In this document: positions 18,287 through 27,727 of the stretch, piece after piece
Numbering within the stretch: the stretch's first letter is position 1
Layout of the letters: each line of letters starts with the position of its first letter
NCBI GenBank assembly: GCA_036494465.1
Contig: DASXOJ010000147.1
Location: forward strand, 22,955-86,954
Direction: 5' to 3'
DNA: 64,000 nt
From: Pseudonocardiaceae bacterium
GTDB taxonomy: Bacteria > Actinomycetota > Actinomycetes > Mycobacteriales > Pseudonocardiaceae
Notes under the pieces: model-generated
What the model saw: the letters and a program-made list of their open reading frames with translations, nothing else
What the model was told of the DNA's origin: nothing
The model's database searches: none
Program-made: the position numbers and the translations under genes

Positions 18287-20535
18287 TCGCGGGCTGCCGC
18301 GACGGCGGCTTGGCCCAGGCTGATGCCGCCGTCGTTGCACGGTACGCGTGCATGGGTGAGTACACGGAAACCACGCGCTCGCAACGAATTCATGGTGCGC
18401 GTGGTGAGCAGCAGGTTCTGCCAGACGCCACCGGACAACGCCACCACGCCGATCCCGGTCTCGTCGCGGATCAGCGCACAGGTGTTCGTCACCGCGTCCG
18501 CGACCGCGTTGTGAAAGCGCGCCGCGATGACGGGACTCGGCTCGCCGCGTAGGAGATCATCGACGATCGCGCGGATCAGTTCCGCGCAGGGCAGAGTGTC
18601 GTGTGTGGACATCGGATAGGTGCCGCAAACAGAGGGGTCGGCATGTTGTTCGAGTTCGATCGCGGCCTGGCCTTCGTAGTTGATGGTGTCGCGAATACCG
18701 AGTAGTGCGGCGACGGCGTCGAACAGGCGTCCCGCACTGGAGGTGTGCGGCGAGTTCACCCCGCGCTCCGCCATCCCGAGCACGGCAGCCCAGTCCGGTG
18801 CGTTGCGGTCCCGCACGGCCAGATCGGGAATGCCACCCGGGTAGGCGGCCGCGAGGTGCGCGGCAGCCATCCGCCACGGCGCGCGGATGGCTGCCGTCCC
18901 GCCGGGCATCGGCACCGGGTCGAGATGACCGGCGCGGGTGAAACGGGCGAGGTCGGCCACCAGGAATTCGCCGCCCCAGATGGTGCCGTCGGTACCGTAT
19001 CCGGTGCCGTCGAACGCGACGCCGATGACCGGACCGGATTCGCCGTTGTCCGCCAGGCAGCTGGCGATGTGCGCGTGGTGGTGTTGCACGGCGACCAGCT
19101 CGACGCCGTCGAGCTCCAGCGCGTACTTGGTGGACAGGTATTCGGGGTGCAGGTCGTGCGCGACGACCACCGGATCGATGTCGAAAAGGCGGCGGAAATG
19201 CGCGATGCCTTCGGTGAACGAGCGCAGCGTCTCGAAGTTCTCCAGATCACCGATGTGGTGGGAGAGGAACGCGCGATTGCCCTTCGCCAGGCAGAAGGTG
19301 TTCTTCAGTTCGGCACCGCAGGCGAGCACGGGACGCGGAAATCCGTGTGTCAGCGTTACTGGTTCAGGCACGTAGCCGCGCGAGCGGCGCAGCACGGATT
19401 CGCGACCGTCGAACGGGCGCACGATCGAATCGTCGGTGCGGATGTGGATCGCGCGGTCGTGCACCAGGAAGGCGTCGGCGATGCCGCGCAGCCGGTCGAG
19501 CGCGTCGGCGTCGCGGTAGGCGATCGGTTCGTCGGACACGTTGCCGCTGGTCAACACGATCGGCTTGGCCGCTGCGGCGAGCAGCAGGTGGTGCAGCGGC
19601 GTGTAGGGCAACATGACGCCGAGCTGTCGATTGCCTGGGGCGAGGGCATTCGCGATGGATGCGCTGGGGATGCGGGGGAGTAGCACGATGGGGCGGCGGC
19701 GACTGGTCAGCAGGGATTCGGCGAGATCGTCCACTTCGCACAGTGTGCGCGCTTGTTCCACTGTGGACACCATGACCGCGAACGGCTTGTCCTCGCGGTG
19801 TTTGCGCGCGCGGAGCGCGGCCGTCGCGGTCTGGTTGGTGGCGTCGGTGGCGAGGTGGTAGCCGCCGAGGCCCTTCACGGCGACGATCGCGCCGTCGAGG
19901 AGCAGGTCGGTCGTTGCGCGGATCGGGTCGTTCGCCTCGTGGTCGAGCAGAGCGGTGCCGAGCAGGCTGAGGTGCGGGCCGCAGGCCGGGCAGCAGGTCG
20001 GCTGCGCGTGAAAGCGGCGGTCGGCTGGATCGTGGTACTCGGCGGCGCACTCCGCGCACATCGCGAACTCCGCCATTGTCGTGAATGGACGGTCGTAGGG
20101 CACGTCGCGGACGATGGTGAAGCGCGGGCCGCAGTTGGTGCAGTTGATGAACGGGTAGCCGAACCGGCGATCGGCCGGGTCGGCGAGTTCAGCCAGGCAG
20201 TCCGCACAGGTGCTGCTGTCCGAGGACACCAGCGTCGCGCGTTCGCCGCCCACCGGGCTCGCCACGATGCTGAACCCGGGCGCGCCGGTCGGCGGGATGT
20301 CGCGGATGGCGACGCGTTCCACGCTGGCCAGCGGGGGAGCGTCCACGCGCAGCGCGGTCAGGAAATCCTCGACCCGCGCCGCTGATCCCTCCACCTCGAC
20401 GAACACGCCGTGCACGTCGTTGCCGACCAGACCGGCCAGACCGAGGCGGTTGGCCAGCGCGTAGACGAACGGACGGAAGCCGACGCCCTGCACGACGCCC
20501 TCGACCCGGACCTCGGTCCGCACGTGGCTGGCCAC
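18274..20535 (-). CDS. hypF: Carbamoyltransferase HypF
   Basis: Acylphosphatase VQGVGFRP, two CxxC zinc-finger pairs, KGLGG, HHHAH, DGTGYG, PCNDGGISLGQ. Start approximate. Confidence 0.95.
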   Translation of the reverse strand: MASHVRTEVRVEGVVQGVGFRPFVYALANRLGLAGLVGNDVHGVFVEVEGSAARVEDFLTALRVDAPPLASVERVAIRDIPPTGAPGFSIVASPVGGERATLVSSDSSTCADCLAELADPADRRFGYPFINCTNCGPRFTIVRDVPYDRPFTTMAEFAMCAECAAEYHDPADRRFHAQPTCCPACGPHLSLLGTALLDHEANDPIRATTDLLLDGAIVAVKGLGGYHLATDATNQTATAALRARKHREDKPFAVMVSTVEQARTLCEVDDLAESLLTSRRRPIVLLPRIPSASIANALAPGNRQLGVMLPYTPLHHLLLAAAAKPIVLTSGNVSDEPIAYRDADALDRLRGIADAFLVHDRAIHIRTDDSIVRPFDGRESVLRRSRGYVPEPVTLTHGFPRPVLACGAELKNTFCLAKGNRAFLSHHIGDLENFETLRSFTEGIAHFRRLFDIDPVVVAHDLHPEYLSTKYALELDGVELVAVQHHHAHIASCLADNGESGPVIGVAFDGTGYGTDGTIWGGEFLVADLARFTRAGHLDPVPMPGGTAAIRAPWRMAAAHLAAAYPGGIPDLAVRDRNAPDWAAVLGMAERGVNSPHTSSAGRLFDAVAALLGIRDTINYEGQAAIELEQHADPSVCGTYPMSTHDTLPCAELIRAIVDDLLRGEPSPVIAARFHNAVADAVTNTCALIRDETGIGVVALSGGVWQNLLLTTRTMNSLRARGFRVLTHARVPCNDGGISLGQAAVAAARDQSA

Positions 20536-20557
20536 CGGGCCAGTGTGCTCCCGATCA

Positions 20558-21346
20558 CTACCGTTGACCAGCCAGCCGCCGCCACACCCGGACCACCGCG
20601 CCGTCGTCCTTGGCCAGGTGGTCGACGACACAGCGGCGCAGGTCGAGCAGGTCCGGGTCGTCGCGGAAGAACTCGGTCAGTTCGGTGGTGTACGCCCAGC
20701 GCGCCACCAGCGCGAACTCGGTCAGCTCGCCGCCGGTGAAACCGGTGGTCGGCAACCGGACCAGCACGGTATGCCCGTCGCCGACCAGCAGCAGCGAGCG
20801 CGGCACGCTCGGGTTGACCATGCCGGTCACGCCGGCCGGAAACGGATGCCGCAGACCGGCCGCGTCGATCAGGGCCGGGCCGCGCTGGTCGAGGTGCAGG
20901 CCGCCGTTGTGCCACCAGCCCGCGCTCGGTCGTGGCCCGTCGGCGGAGAGCCACGCGTCGACCCTGGACAGCAGCGGACCGTTCGCGGTGTCCTCGACCG
21001 GCGGGTGCGGACGGATCCAGAGCAGTGCCGGTTCGGTGCTGAGCTGGTCGGCGCCGATCTGCGGTTCGCGTTCCGCGCGACGGGCCCGGACCGTGCGCCG
21101 GATGGCGAAGCCGATCAGGATCACCGCAAGCGCCTCACCGCAGGCGAACACGCTTCGGGTCGCGACCGCAGGCAGGCGCACGGAATCCAGTAGCGCCGCC
21201 ACATCGACGACGAACACCGCGATCGCGATCGCCGCGAAACCGAGCCGGGCGCCCGATCGGCGCGGGCGCCGGGCCGCTTCCCAGGTGAGCGGGACCACCA
21301 GGGCGATGGTCAGCCACGTGATCACCGCTTGCCAGATCTCGGGCAT
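20558..21346 (-). CDS. Hypothetical membrane protein (about 3 N-terminal TM helices)
   Basis: GGGAGG RBS before ATG 21346; fills the gap between the GH15 gene and hypF. Confidence 0.6.
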   Translation of the reverse strand: MPEIWQAVITWLTIALVVPLTWEAARRPRRSGARLGFAAIAIAVFVVDVAALLDSVRLPAVATRSVFACGEALAVILIGFAIRRTVRARRAEREPQIGADQLSTEPALLWIRPHPPVEDTANGPLLSRVDAWLSADGPRPSAGWWHNGGLHLDQRGPALIDAAGLRHPFPAGVTGMVNPSVPRSLLLVGDGHTVLVRLPTTGFTGGELTEFALVARWAYTTELTEFFRDDPDLLDLRRCVVDHLAKDDGAVVRVWRRLAGQR

Positions 21347-21385
21347 CGTCGCCACCTCCCTGCGCGACCAGGGTACGTCCGCGAG

Positions 21386-24300
21386 CTAGCTGATCGGCAC
21401 GCCCGTGATCACCACCGCACCCTTCGTCGGATCCAGTTCGGTCGACTGGTTCACCCCGCCCGGTGTGAGCACGTCCATCGCCGCGGGCACGGTCGACGGA
21501 TCGAGCGCGCAGATCGGACTGTTGTTGCCCGACGCGCACACACCGAAGCTGTAGCCACCGGGGGTCGGCGTGAACGCGCGGGCCTGGTCGGCGCTGAACC
21601 CGTCCTGTCCGGCCAGCACCACCGCGAACGACCAACCCGATGCGGGCGTGCCGAACGTGGCGGCAGGCACCGCGATGGTGATGGTCTTGGCGGTCGTGGA
21701 CGCCACCACGTTCGCGGTGCCGACCGCGTCGCCGTTCGCGTCCACCCAGACCGGCGACGCGAAGCCCTGCACCTCGATGCGCTGGCTCCAGCCAGGGTTG
21801 AGCGTGTAGTTGCGCGCGGCATAGGCCGCCTGGGTCGAGCTCGTCGCGCCCGGCGTCTGCACGTAGATGTCGAGCAGCTGCGCGCCCATCACGCTGCCGA
21901 AGGTCGGCACCAGGTTGTTCAGGGTCGTGCGCAGGTAGACCGTGCCGCCGACCTGGATCACCTGGAACCGGGTCAGATCGAACGAACCGGCCGCGAAATC
22001 GGACGCGGTCGGGTACTGGAAGGTGCCGGGGCCGTTGTCGTCGCCGGTCGGGTCGGTGACGTCCAGCGTGGTGGTGCCGCCGATCACGTCGCCGGTGACC
22101 GAGGTCTGCGCGTAGCCGGTGCTACGACCGTCCGATGTGGATGATGCGACGGTGAGCACGTTGGTGCCGAAGCCGATCGGCGCGCTCACGCCGAACGTGC
22201 CGTCCGCGCCCGCTGTCGCCGTCGCGGTGCTCGATGCCGCACCGGTGTCGGTGTCGGTCGCCTCGACGACCACCTTGGCGCCGGGCTTCGTGGTGCCGGT
22301 GACCGTGGTGGTGCTGGATTCGATGGTGGCACCGGCACTGGGCGCGGTGATGGTGACCGGCAGCGCGGTCGGCGCCGGGTGGTTGACGTAACGGTCGGTG
22401 GTGATCGCCGGTTGCTCCAGGTCGCGGCCCGCGCCGATGTCCAGGATCAGCCGCGCTTCCTGCGCCTGCGCCCAGGACAGCGGCGACGCCGAACCGGCGG
22501 CTTTCCCATCAGTGAAGCCGATCGAGGCCGTGGTCGGGTCGGTGCCGTATGGCGACGCGGCGAGGTCAGGGTCCTCCCAGGCTTGTTCGGGCACCAGGCC
22601 GACGCCCGAGGAGAAGTTGGTCATGGCATTGAGCAACGTGTTCGCGCCGGAGCGGTTGCCGGTGGACAGGTCGGATTCGGCGCGCTCACCGGAAAGCACC
22701 GGCCACAGGTGCCCGGTCCCGATGTCGGTGGTCGGCCACGGCTGGCCCTGGTTGGTGCAGGAGGACTGGCTGGGCTGGTAGCAGTCGCCGTATCCGTCCG
22801 CGCTGCCCGCCGCCGCGTCGTTACCGTAGCGGTAGTAGCCGGTGCCGCTGGGCGTCTGCACCGAGATCTGCTTGTCCAGCACGGCGAGCGACGCCTGGAT
22901 GTCCGGATCGTTCGCGGGCAGTTCGCCGAGCCGGACGAGTTCCTGGAAGCCGCCGTCGATGACTTGGCGCTGGTCGACCGTTGGCCCGCCGTTGCCGAGG
23001 CTGTAATTGATGGCCGCGTTCGGGTCGCCGGTCTTGGACAGCCGGATGAAGTAGCGCGGCGCGTCCGGACCGCTCGTGGTGACCGTCCAGTTCTTGATGT
23101 TGCGCTGGAAATCGTCCGCTGTCGCCTGGTAGAGCTGGGCGCGCGCGGTGTCGTGGTGCATGGTCGCGATCGCCGACGCTGCCGTGAGACCGGCGATCTC
23201 GGCGGCGATGGTGGACGGTGAATAACCGGACTGTTCCTCCCACCGCTCGACGCCGAACGACGGACCGTGCGCGACCAGGAAGTCGGCGGCGCGCTCGATG
23301 TGCTGGCTCCACAACGTGTTGTCGCCGCCGAGTCCGGCCTGGTAGGCCATCAGGATCGGGTAGGCGGACTCGTCGAGCTGGTCACCACCGGTGTCCGGCG
23401 CGAGTTTGCCGTTGAGCAGCGAGTTGCGCGGCAGTTGGCCGTTGGCCTGCTGCTGGCGGTCGAACAGGAAGGTGACCGTGTCGCGTGCGGTGCGCAGGTC
23501 GCCGTCGGTGAGCAGGCCGGTGAAGATCTCGTACAGGTCGCGGGCGAACACCTCGCGGTACGAGCCGAAGTACACCGCCTTGCCGCCGACGACCGTGCCC
23601 GCGTTCACCGCCTGACCCCACGGGCTGGCCAGCGATGCGACGACCGCGCCCGGATAGGTCTTGTCCTCGCTGGCTTTGAGCACGTTCGCGCTCAGGTAGT
23701 ACGCGGCGCGGTCGTTCGCAGGCGGTTGGTGCAGCGTCGCGTCGTAGGTGCGCCAACCCTGCTGGTAGCTGGCCTGGGTGGCCGGGAACGGGGTGTTCAG
23801 CGACGCACCGGCGGTCGACACGGCGTCGGACTGGGTGCGGCCGAAACCGAGCGCGAGGGTGATCGCGTCGTTGGGGCGCGGGGTCACGTCCTCGGTCGAG
23901 GTGATGTGCCCGTTGGGCGCGGTGGCGTAGGTCGTGCCGAGGGCGTGGGTGGCGTCGAGCGAGGTGAGGCCGTCGCTGGCGGTGCCCGCGTAGCCGACCG
24001 ACGCGGCACCGGACGCGCCGGCGCGCAGCGCGGCGTAGGTGGGCACGGCGTAGTCGCGGTTGATGGCCTGGCTGGTGGTGGACGTGTCGTAGACGACCGG
24101 GACGGCGGTGTTGCCCGCGCGTTGCACGGTGCCGGTGTCCGCGCCGCCGTTCTGGCTGCCGCCACCGCCGTTGCCGTTGATGTGCGCGTCCAGCCGGGCA
24201 TACACGTGCAGGCCGCGCGTGTCGCCGTGCAGCTGGGTGCGCATCAGCACGGTGTCCCTGGCCGGGTCGGTCAGGTAGGTGGTGATCAGCTGGTAGTGGT

Positions 24301-24661
24301 GCTTCGCGCTGGTCGCGGTCACCGTGCAGACCATGCCGGTCGGGTCGGCGGCGACGGTGTAGCTGAGGTCGCGGGTTTGCAGGTCGGTGAACGTCGAACC
24401 GTCGGTGACCACGTACTGCAGGGTCGAGACGTTCGTGTTGTCGATGGTCGGCTCGTAGACGTCGGACAGCACGCCGTCCGCGACCGTGTACCAGACCTTC
24501 GAGCCGCCCCGCGCGGTGCCGACGCAGTCCTTGCGCGCGTTGTCGAAATAGGACGGTGCGCCTGGACCGCCCGGTGCGGTGGCAGTCTGTGCCGCTGCTG
24601 GCATTCCCGATACCGCGATTGTCGTCGCGACAACAATCGCGGCTGTGCGCGCGAACTTCAT
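21386..24661 (-). CDS. Secreted glucodextranase/glucoamylase (GH15 + Ig + DOMON/CBM-like C-terminus)
   Basis: Signal peptide ending PAAA; GH15 motifs QLDE, ERWEE, PLSWA; C-terminal DPTGDDNGPGTFQYPT. Confidence 0.9.
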   Translation of the reverse strand: MKFARTAAIVVATTIAVSGMPAAAQTATAPGGPGAPSYFDNARKDCVGTARGGSKVWYTVADGVLSDVYEPTIDNTNVSTLQYVVTDGSTFTDLQTRDLSYTVAADPTGMVCTVTATSAKHHYQLITTYLTDPARDTVLMRTQLHGDTRGLHVYARLDAHINGNGGGGSQNGGADTGTVQRAGNTAVPVVYDTSTTSQAINRDYAVPTYAALRAGASGAASVGYAGTASDGLTSLDATHALGTTYATAPNGHITSTEDVTPRPNDAITLALGFGRTQSDAVSTAGASLNTPFPATQASYQQGWRTYDATLHQPPANDRAAYYLSANVLKASEDKTYPGAVVASLASPWGQAVNAGTVVGGKAVYFGSYREVFARDLYEIFTGLLTDGDLRTARDTVTFLFDRQQQANGQLPRNSLLNGKLAPDTGGDQLDESAYPILMAYQAGLGGDNTLWSQHIERAADFLVAHGPSFGVERWEEQSGYSPSTIAAEIAGLTAASAIATMHHDTARAQLYQATADDFQRNIKNWTVTTSGPDAPRYFIRLSKTGDPNAAINYSLGNGGPTVDQRQVIDGGFQELVRLGELPANDPDIQASLAVLDKQISVQTPSGTGYYRYGNDAAAGSADGYGDCYQPSQSSCTNQGQPWPTTDIGTGHLWPVLSGERAESDLSTGNRSGANTLLNAMTNFSSGVGLVPEQAWEDPDLAASPYGTDPTTASIGFTDGKAAGSASPLSWAQAQEARLILDIGAGRDLEQPAITTDRYVNHPAPTALPVTITAPSAGATIESSTTTVTGTTKPGAKVVVEATDTDTGAASSTATATAGADGTFGVSAPIGFGTNVLTVASSTSDGRSTGYAQTSVTGDVIGGTTTLDVTDPTGDDNGPGTFQYPTASDFAAGSFDLTRFQVIQVGGTVYLRTTLNNLVPTFGSVMGAQLLDIYVQTPGATSSTQAAYAARNYTLNPGWSQRIEVQGFASPVWVDANGDAVGTANVVASTTAKTITIAVPAATFGTPASGWSFAVVLAGQDGFSADQARAFTPTPGGYSFGVCASGNNSPICALDPSTVPAAMDVLTPGGVNQSTELDPTKGAVVITGVPIS

Positions 24662-24729
24662 GGCCAAGCCCTCCCAGTCGCCAAGGCGTGCCATGCTTCC
24701 CGCCCGCTATCGCGCGCGCAAGCGGCCGA

Positions 24730-25347
24730 TCAGGCGCTGACGGATTCGATGTGCGCGAGCACGGTGTCCAGCGCGGCCTCCAGCGCGAGCGTGTCGCGCC
24801 GGGTCTGGGTGAGCAGCAGGCCGCCCTGCACCGCCGCCAACGTGGCCAGCGCCAACTGGTCGGGATCGGCGTCGGGGCGCAGGTCGCCGCGCCGGTGCAT
24901 GGCGCGCAGGCCGTCCCGGATCGCCTCTTCCCAGCGCCGGAAGCCGTCCGCGAGTTCGACCCGGGCTTCCGGGTCGCGCTCGGCGAGTTCGCTGGCCAGC
25001 GAGCCGATGGGACAGCCGCCGGAGCACTGGCGGGCGCTCTGGATGTCGACCAGCACGTCGCGCCACGCGCGCAGCGCGGTCAAGCTGTCCAGCTTGCTCA
25101 GCAGCGGCTGCTGAGCGTCGAGGATGGCCTGCGTCTGGAACGCGATCACCGCGCGCACCAGGTTCCGCTTGTCGCCGAAGTAGTGGTAGATCTGCGAGGT
25201 GTTCACGCCCGCCGCGGTCTGCACGTCGTCGGTGCTGGTGCCCGCTACGCCCTTGGCGAACATGAGCTGTGCCGCCGCCGCGACGATGCGATCCCGGGTC
25301 GCCTGACCCTTGCGGGTCAGCCGGGCGGTGGATGCGTCAGCGGCCAT
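24730..25347 (-). CDS. TetR family regulator (TetR_C_13-like)
   Basis: TRDRIVAAAAQLMFAKGV...IYHYFGDK; GCPIGSLA. TATCCT -10 lies 7 nt before the ATG, so probably leaderless. Confidence 0.88.
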   Translation of the reverse strand: MAADASTARLTRKGQATRDRIVAAAAQLMFAKGVAGTSTDDVQTAAGVNTSQIYHYFGDKRNLVRAVIAFQTQAILDAQQPLLSKLDSLTALRAWRDVLVDIQSARQCSGGCPIGSLASELAERDPEARVELADGFRRWEEAIRDGLRAMHRRGDLRPDADPDQLALATLAAVQGGLLLTQTRRDTLALEAALDTVLAHIESVSA

Positions 25348-25367
25348 GGTCACCAGGATACCCGCCG

Positions 25368-25387
25368 TTTGGAGGGCTCAATCCAAA
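25368..25387. promoter_or_regulatory. Inverted repeat TTTGGA-N8-TCCAAA, candidate TetR operator
   Basis: Seen directly, just upstream of the TetR -10 element. Confidence 0.5.
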
Positions 25388-25950
25388 AGTTGAGCCTGCT
25401 TCCACTCGCTCCGCAGCACCGCGCAGACGATCTCGGACGTCCACTCGCTCTTGACCAACTTGCTCTCGACCAGGTTCGCCTCGGTGCGCATGCCCGATTT
25501 GGTCAGCACCCGGTGCGACGCGGTGTTGCGCGCGTCCAGCTTGCCGACGATCCGGTGCAGCTCGACCTCGCGAAAGCCAAGGTCGATCAGGGCGCGGGTG
25601 GCCTCGGTGGCGTAGCCGTGGCCCCAGTGCCCGGGATGCAGGGTGTAGCCGACCGTGGCGCCGCCGTGCTGCTCGCTGGTCCAGTGCAGCATGACGTTGC
25701 CGATCGCGGTGTCCGGATCGTCCTTCAAGGTGACCACCAGCGAGAGGTAGTCGCCCTCCCGCTCAAGGGCCACGTTGCCGATCCGGTCGGCCAGCAGTTC
25801 CCGCACGCTCTCCGGTGCGAGCGGCCCCTGGTCGAAGTAGCGCATCACCTCGGGCCGGGCGAACAGGTCGCACAGGGCCGGGTAGTCGGCCTCCGCGTAC
25901 GGTCGCAGCAGCAGCCGGGCTGTGGCGATGGGATAGCTGGGCCGGGACAT
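25378..25950 (-). CDS. RimJ/RimL-type GNAT acetyltransferase, copy B
   Basis: TARLLLRP, VGYTLHP..WGHGYATE, RN.AS.RVL.K.GM. Confidence 0.9.
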   Translation of the reverse strand: MSRPSYPIATARLLLRPYAEADYPALCDLFARPEVMRYFDQGPLAPESVRELLADRIGNVALEREGDYLSLVVTLKDDPDTAIGNVMLHWTSEQHGGATVGYTLHPGHWGHGYATEATRALIDLGFREVELHRIVGKLDARNTASHRVLTKSGMRTEANLVESKLVKSEWTSEIVCAVLRSEWKQAQLLD

Positions 25951-25957
25951 ACTGGCC

Positions 25958-26530
25958 TCACTTCGAGAGTAGAGCCTGCTCCCACTCGGTCCGCAGCACC
26001 GCGCAGATGGTCTCCGAGGTCCACTCGCCCTTGACCCACTCGTTCTCGACCAGGTTCGCCTCGACGCGCATGCCTGCCTTCTCCAGCACCCGCCGCGACG
26101 CGATGTTGCGCGTGTCCAGCCTGCCGGAGATCCGGTGCAGTTCGGTCTCGCGGAAACCCAGGTCGACCAGGGCGCGGGCGAGTTCGGTCGCGTAGCCCTT
26201 GCCCTGCTGGTCAGGGTGCAGGGTGTAGCCGACCTCGCCCTGCGCGTGGTCCTCGCTGACCCAGTGCAGCATCGCGGTGCCGATCGGGGTGTCCGGATCC
26301 TCCGCGAGGACCACCACGAGCGAGAGGTAGTCGCCACCCTTCTCCAGCGCCACCCCATCGAGTCGCTCGGCGATCATCGCGCGCACGTTCTCCGGCGAGC
26401 GCGGCTGTTCGTAGAGGTAGCGCACGACTTCGGGGCGCGAGTAGACGTCGAGCAGGCCCTCGAAGTCGGTGGTGGCGTAGGGGCGCAGCAGCAGGCGCGC
26501 GGTCTTGATCGGATAGTCGGGCCGGAACAT
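25958..26530 (-). CDS. RimJ/RimL-type GNAT acetyltransferase, copy A
   Basis: Same motifs; QQGKGYATE acetyl-CoA loop. Confidence 0.9.
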   Translation of the reverse strand: MFRPDYPIKTARLLLRPYATTDFEGLLDVYSRPEVVRYLYEQPRSPENVRAMIAERLDGVALEKGGDYLSLVVVLAEDPDTPIGTAMLHWVSEDHAQGEVGYTLHPDQQGKGYATELARALVDLGFRETELHRISGRLDTRNIASRRVLEKAGMRVEANLVENEWVKGEWTSETICAVLRTEWEQALLSK

Positions 26531-26546
26531 GCCGGGACCCTAGCAA

Positions 26547-26816
26547 CTAGCCGGTCAGCGACGCGATCGGTTTGGCGGGCGTGGTCAGCATGGAGAGCTG
26601 ATCGAGGGACAGGCCGACCGCTTCGGCGATGGCGACCACGGTGAAGAAGGCTGGCGTTGGCACCCGGCCGTGCTCGATCTTGCGCAGCGTTTCCACGGAT
26701 ACACCGGCCGCCGCGGCGATCTCCACGCTGGTCCGGTCGCCTCTGGCCGCGCGCAGGGCCGCGCCGAGTCGGGCGCCGCGATCGTGGTCTTGCGCGCTCA
26801 GCGGGGGGCGAACCAT
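26547..26816 (-). CDS. XRE family HTH regulator
   Basis: LRAARG...IAAAAGVSVETLRKIEHGRVPTP; divergent from map. Confidence 0.87.
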   Translation of the reverse strand: MVRPPLSAQDHDRGARLGAALRAARGDRTSVEIAAAAGVSVETLRKIEHGRVPTPAFFTVVAIAEAVGLSLDQLSMLTTPAKPIASLTG

Positions 26817-26874
26817 GACACCAATAGTAGTACCGTGATAGAAATACCGGTATAACTATTGGCAAGGAGGATTC

Positions 26875-27642
26875 ATGGTCGAGTTGAAGACACCGAAAGA
26901 GCTGGCCGCCATGCGCGAAGCCGGGCGAGTCACCGCGACGGCCCTGATCGCGGTCGGGGAGCAGGCCAAGGCCGGGGTGTCGCTGCGCGAACTCGACCAG
27001 GTCGCCGCCGACGTGCTGCGCGAAGCCGGGGCGCGTTCGTCGTTCCTGCACTACCACCCGCGCTTCGCGCCGACGCCCTACCCGGCGGTGCTGTGCACGT
27101 CGGTCAACGACGCGATCGTGCACGCCATCCCTGGCGACTACCGGCTACGCGACGGCGATGTGCTCAGCGCGGACTTCGCCGCCGAACTCGGCGGCTTCCA
27201 CGGCGATTCCGCGTTCACCATGGCGATCGGCGAGGTGACCGCCGAGGACCGGCAACTGATCGAGCACACCCGCGCCGCGCTGGAAGCGGGCATCGCGGCG
27301 GCCGTCCCGGATGGACACCTCAGCGACATCTCGCACGCGGTCGGCGTGATCGGGCGCAAGTACGGCTACGGCATCCCGGTCGACTTCGGCGGGCACGGCA
27401 TCGGCAGGCACATGCACGAGGACCCGTCGGTGGCCAACGAAGGCAGGCCAGGACGTGGTCTGCGGCTGCGGCCCGGCCTGACCCTCGCGATCGAGCCGAT
27501 GTTCATGGCGGGCGGCCACAACGAATACCGCACCGCGCCGGACGGCTGGGGACTGCACACCGTCGACGGCGGCAACGCCGCCCACTTCGAGCACACGATC
27601 GCGATCACCGAAGACGGCCCGGTGGTGCTCACCGCCCCGTAG
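26875..27642 (+). CDS. map: Type I methionine aminopeptidase
   Basis: Metal ligands in SAD...GD, GHGIG..MHE, IEP and HFEHT; AAGGAGG RBS. Confidence 0.93.
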   Translation: MVELKTPKELAAMREAGRVTATALIAVGEQAKAGVSLRELDQVAADVLREAGARSSFLHYHPRFAPTPYPAVLCTSVNDAIVHAIPGDYRLRDGDVLSADFAAELGGFHGDSAFTMAIGEVTAEDRQLIEHTRAALEAGIAAAVPDGHLSDISHAVGVIGRKYGYGIPVDFGGHGIGRHMHEDPSVANEGRPGRGLRLRPGLTLAIEPMFMAGGHNEYRTAPDGWGLHTVDGGNAAHFEHTIAITEDGPVVLTAP

Positions 27643-27727
27643 AAGTGGGGTTAACTCCCCGGACAGCGGTGAACGATGCGGTCAGAATGGACAGCGCACC
27701 GCAGAAAACCCGCGCTGGAGGACGACC

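Noticed and set aside
25378-26358. Single 326-aa ORF suggesting a GNAT fusion
   Set aside because: The upstream part is an alternative frame of GNAT-A; GNAT-B starts at its own ATG 25950 with a GAGG RBS.
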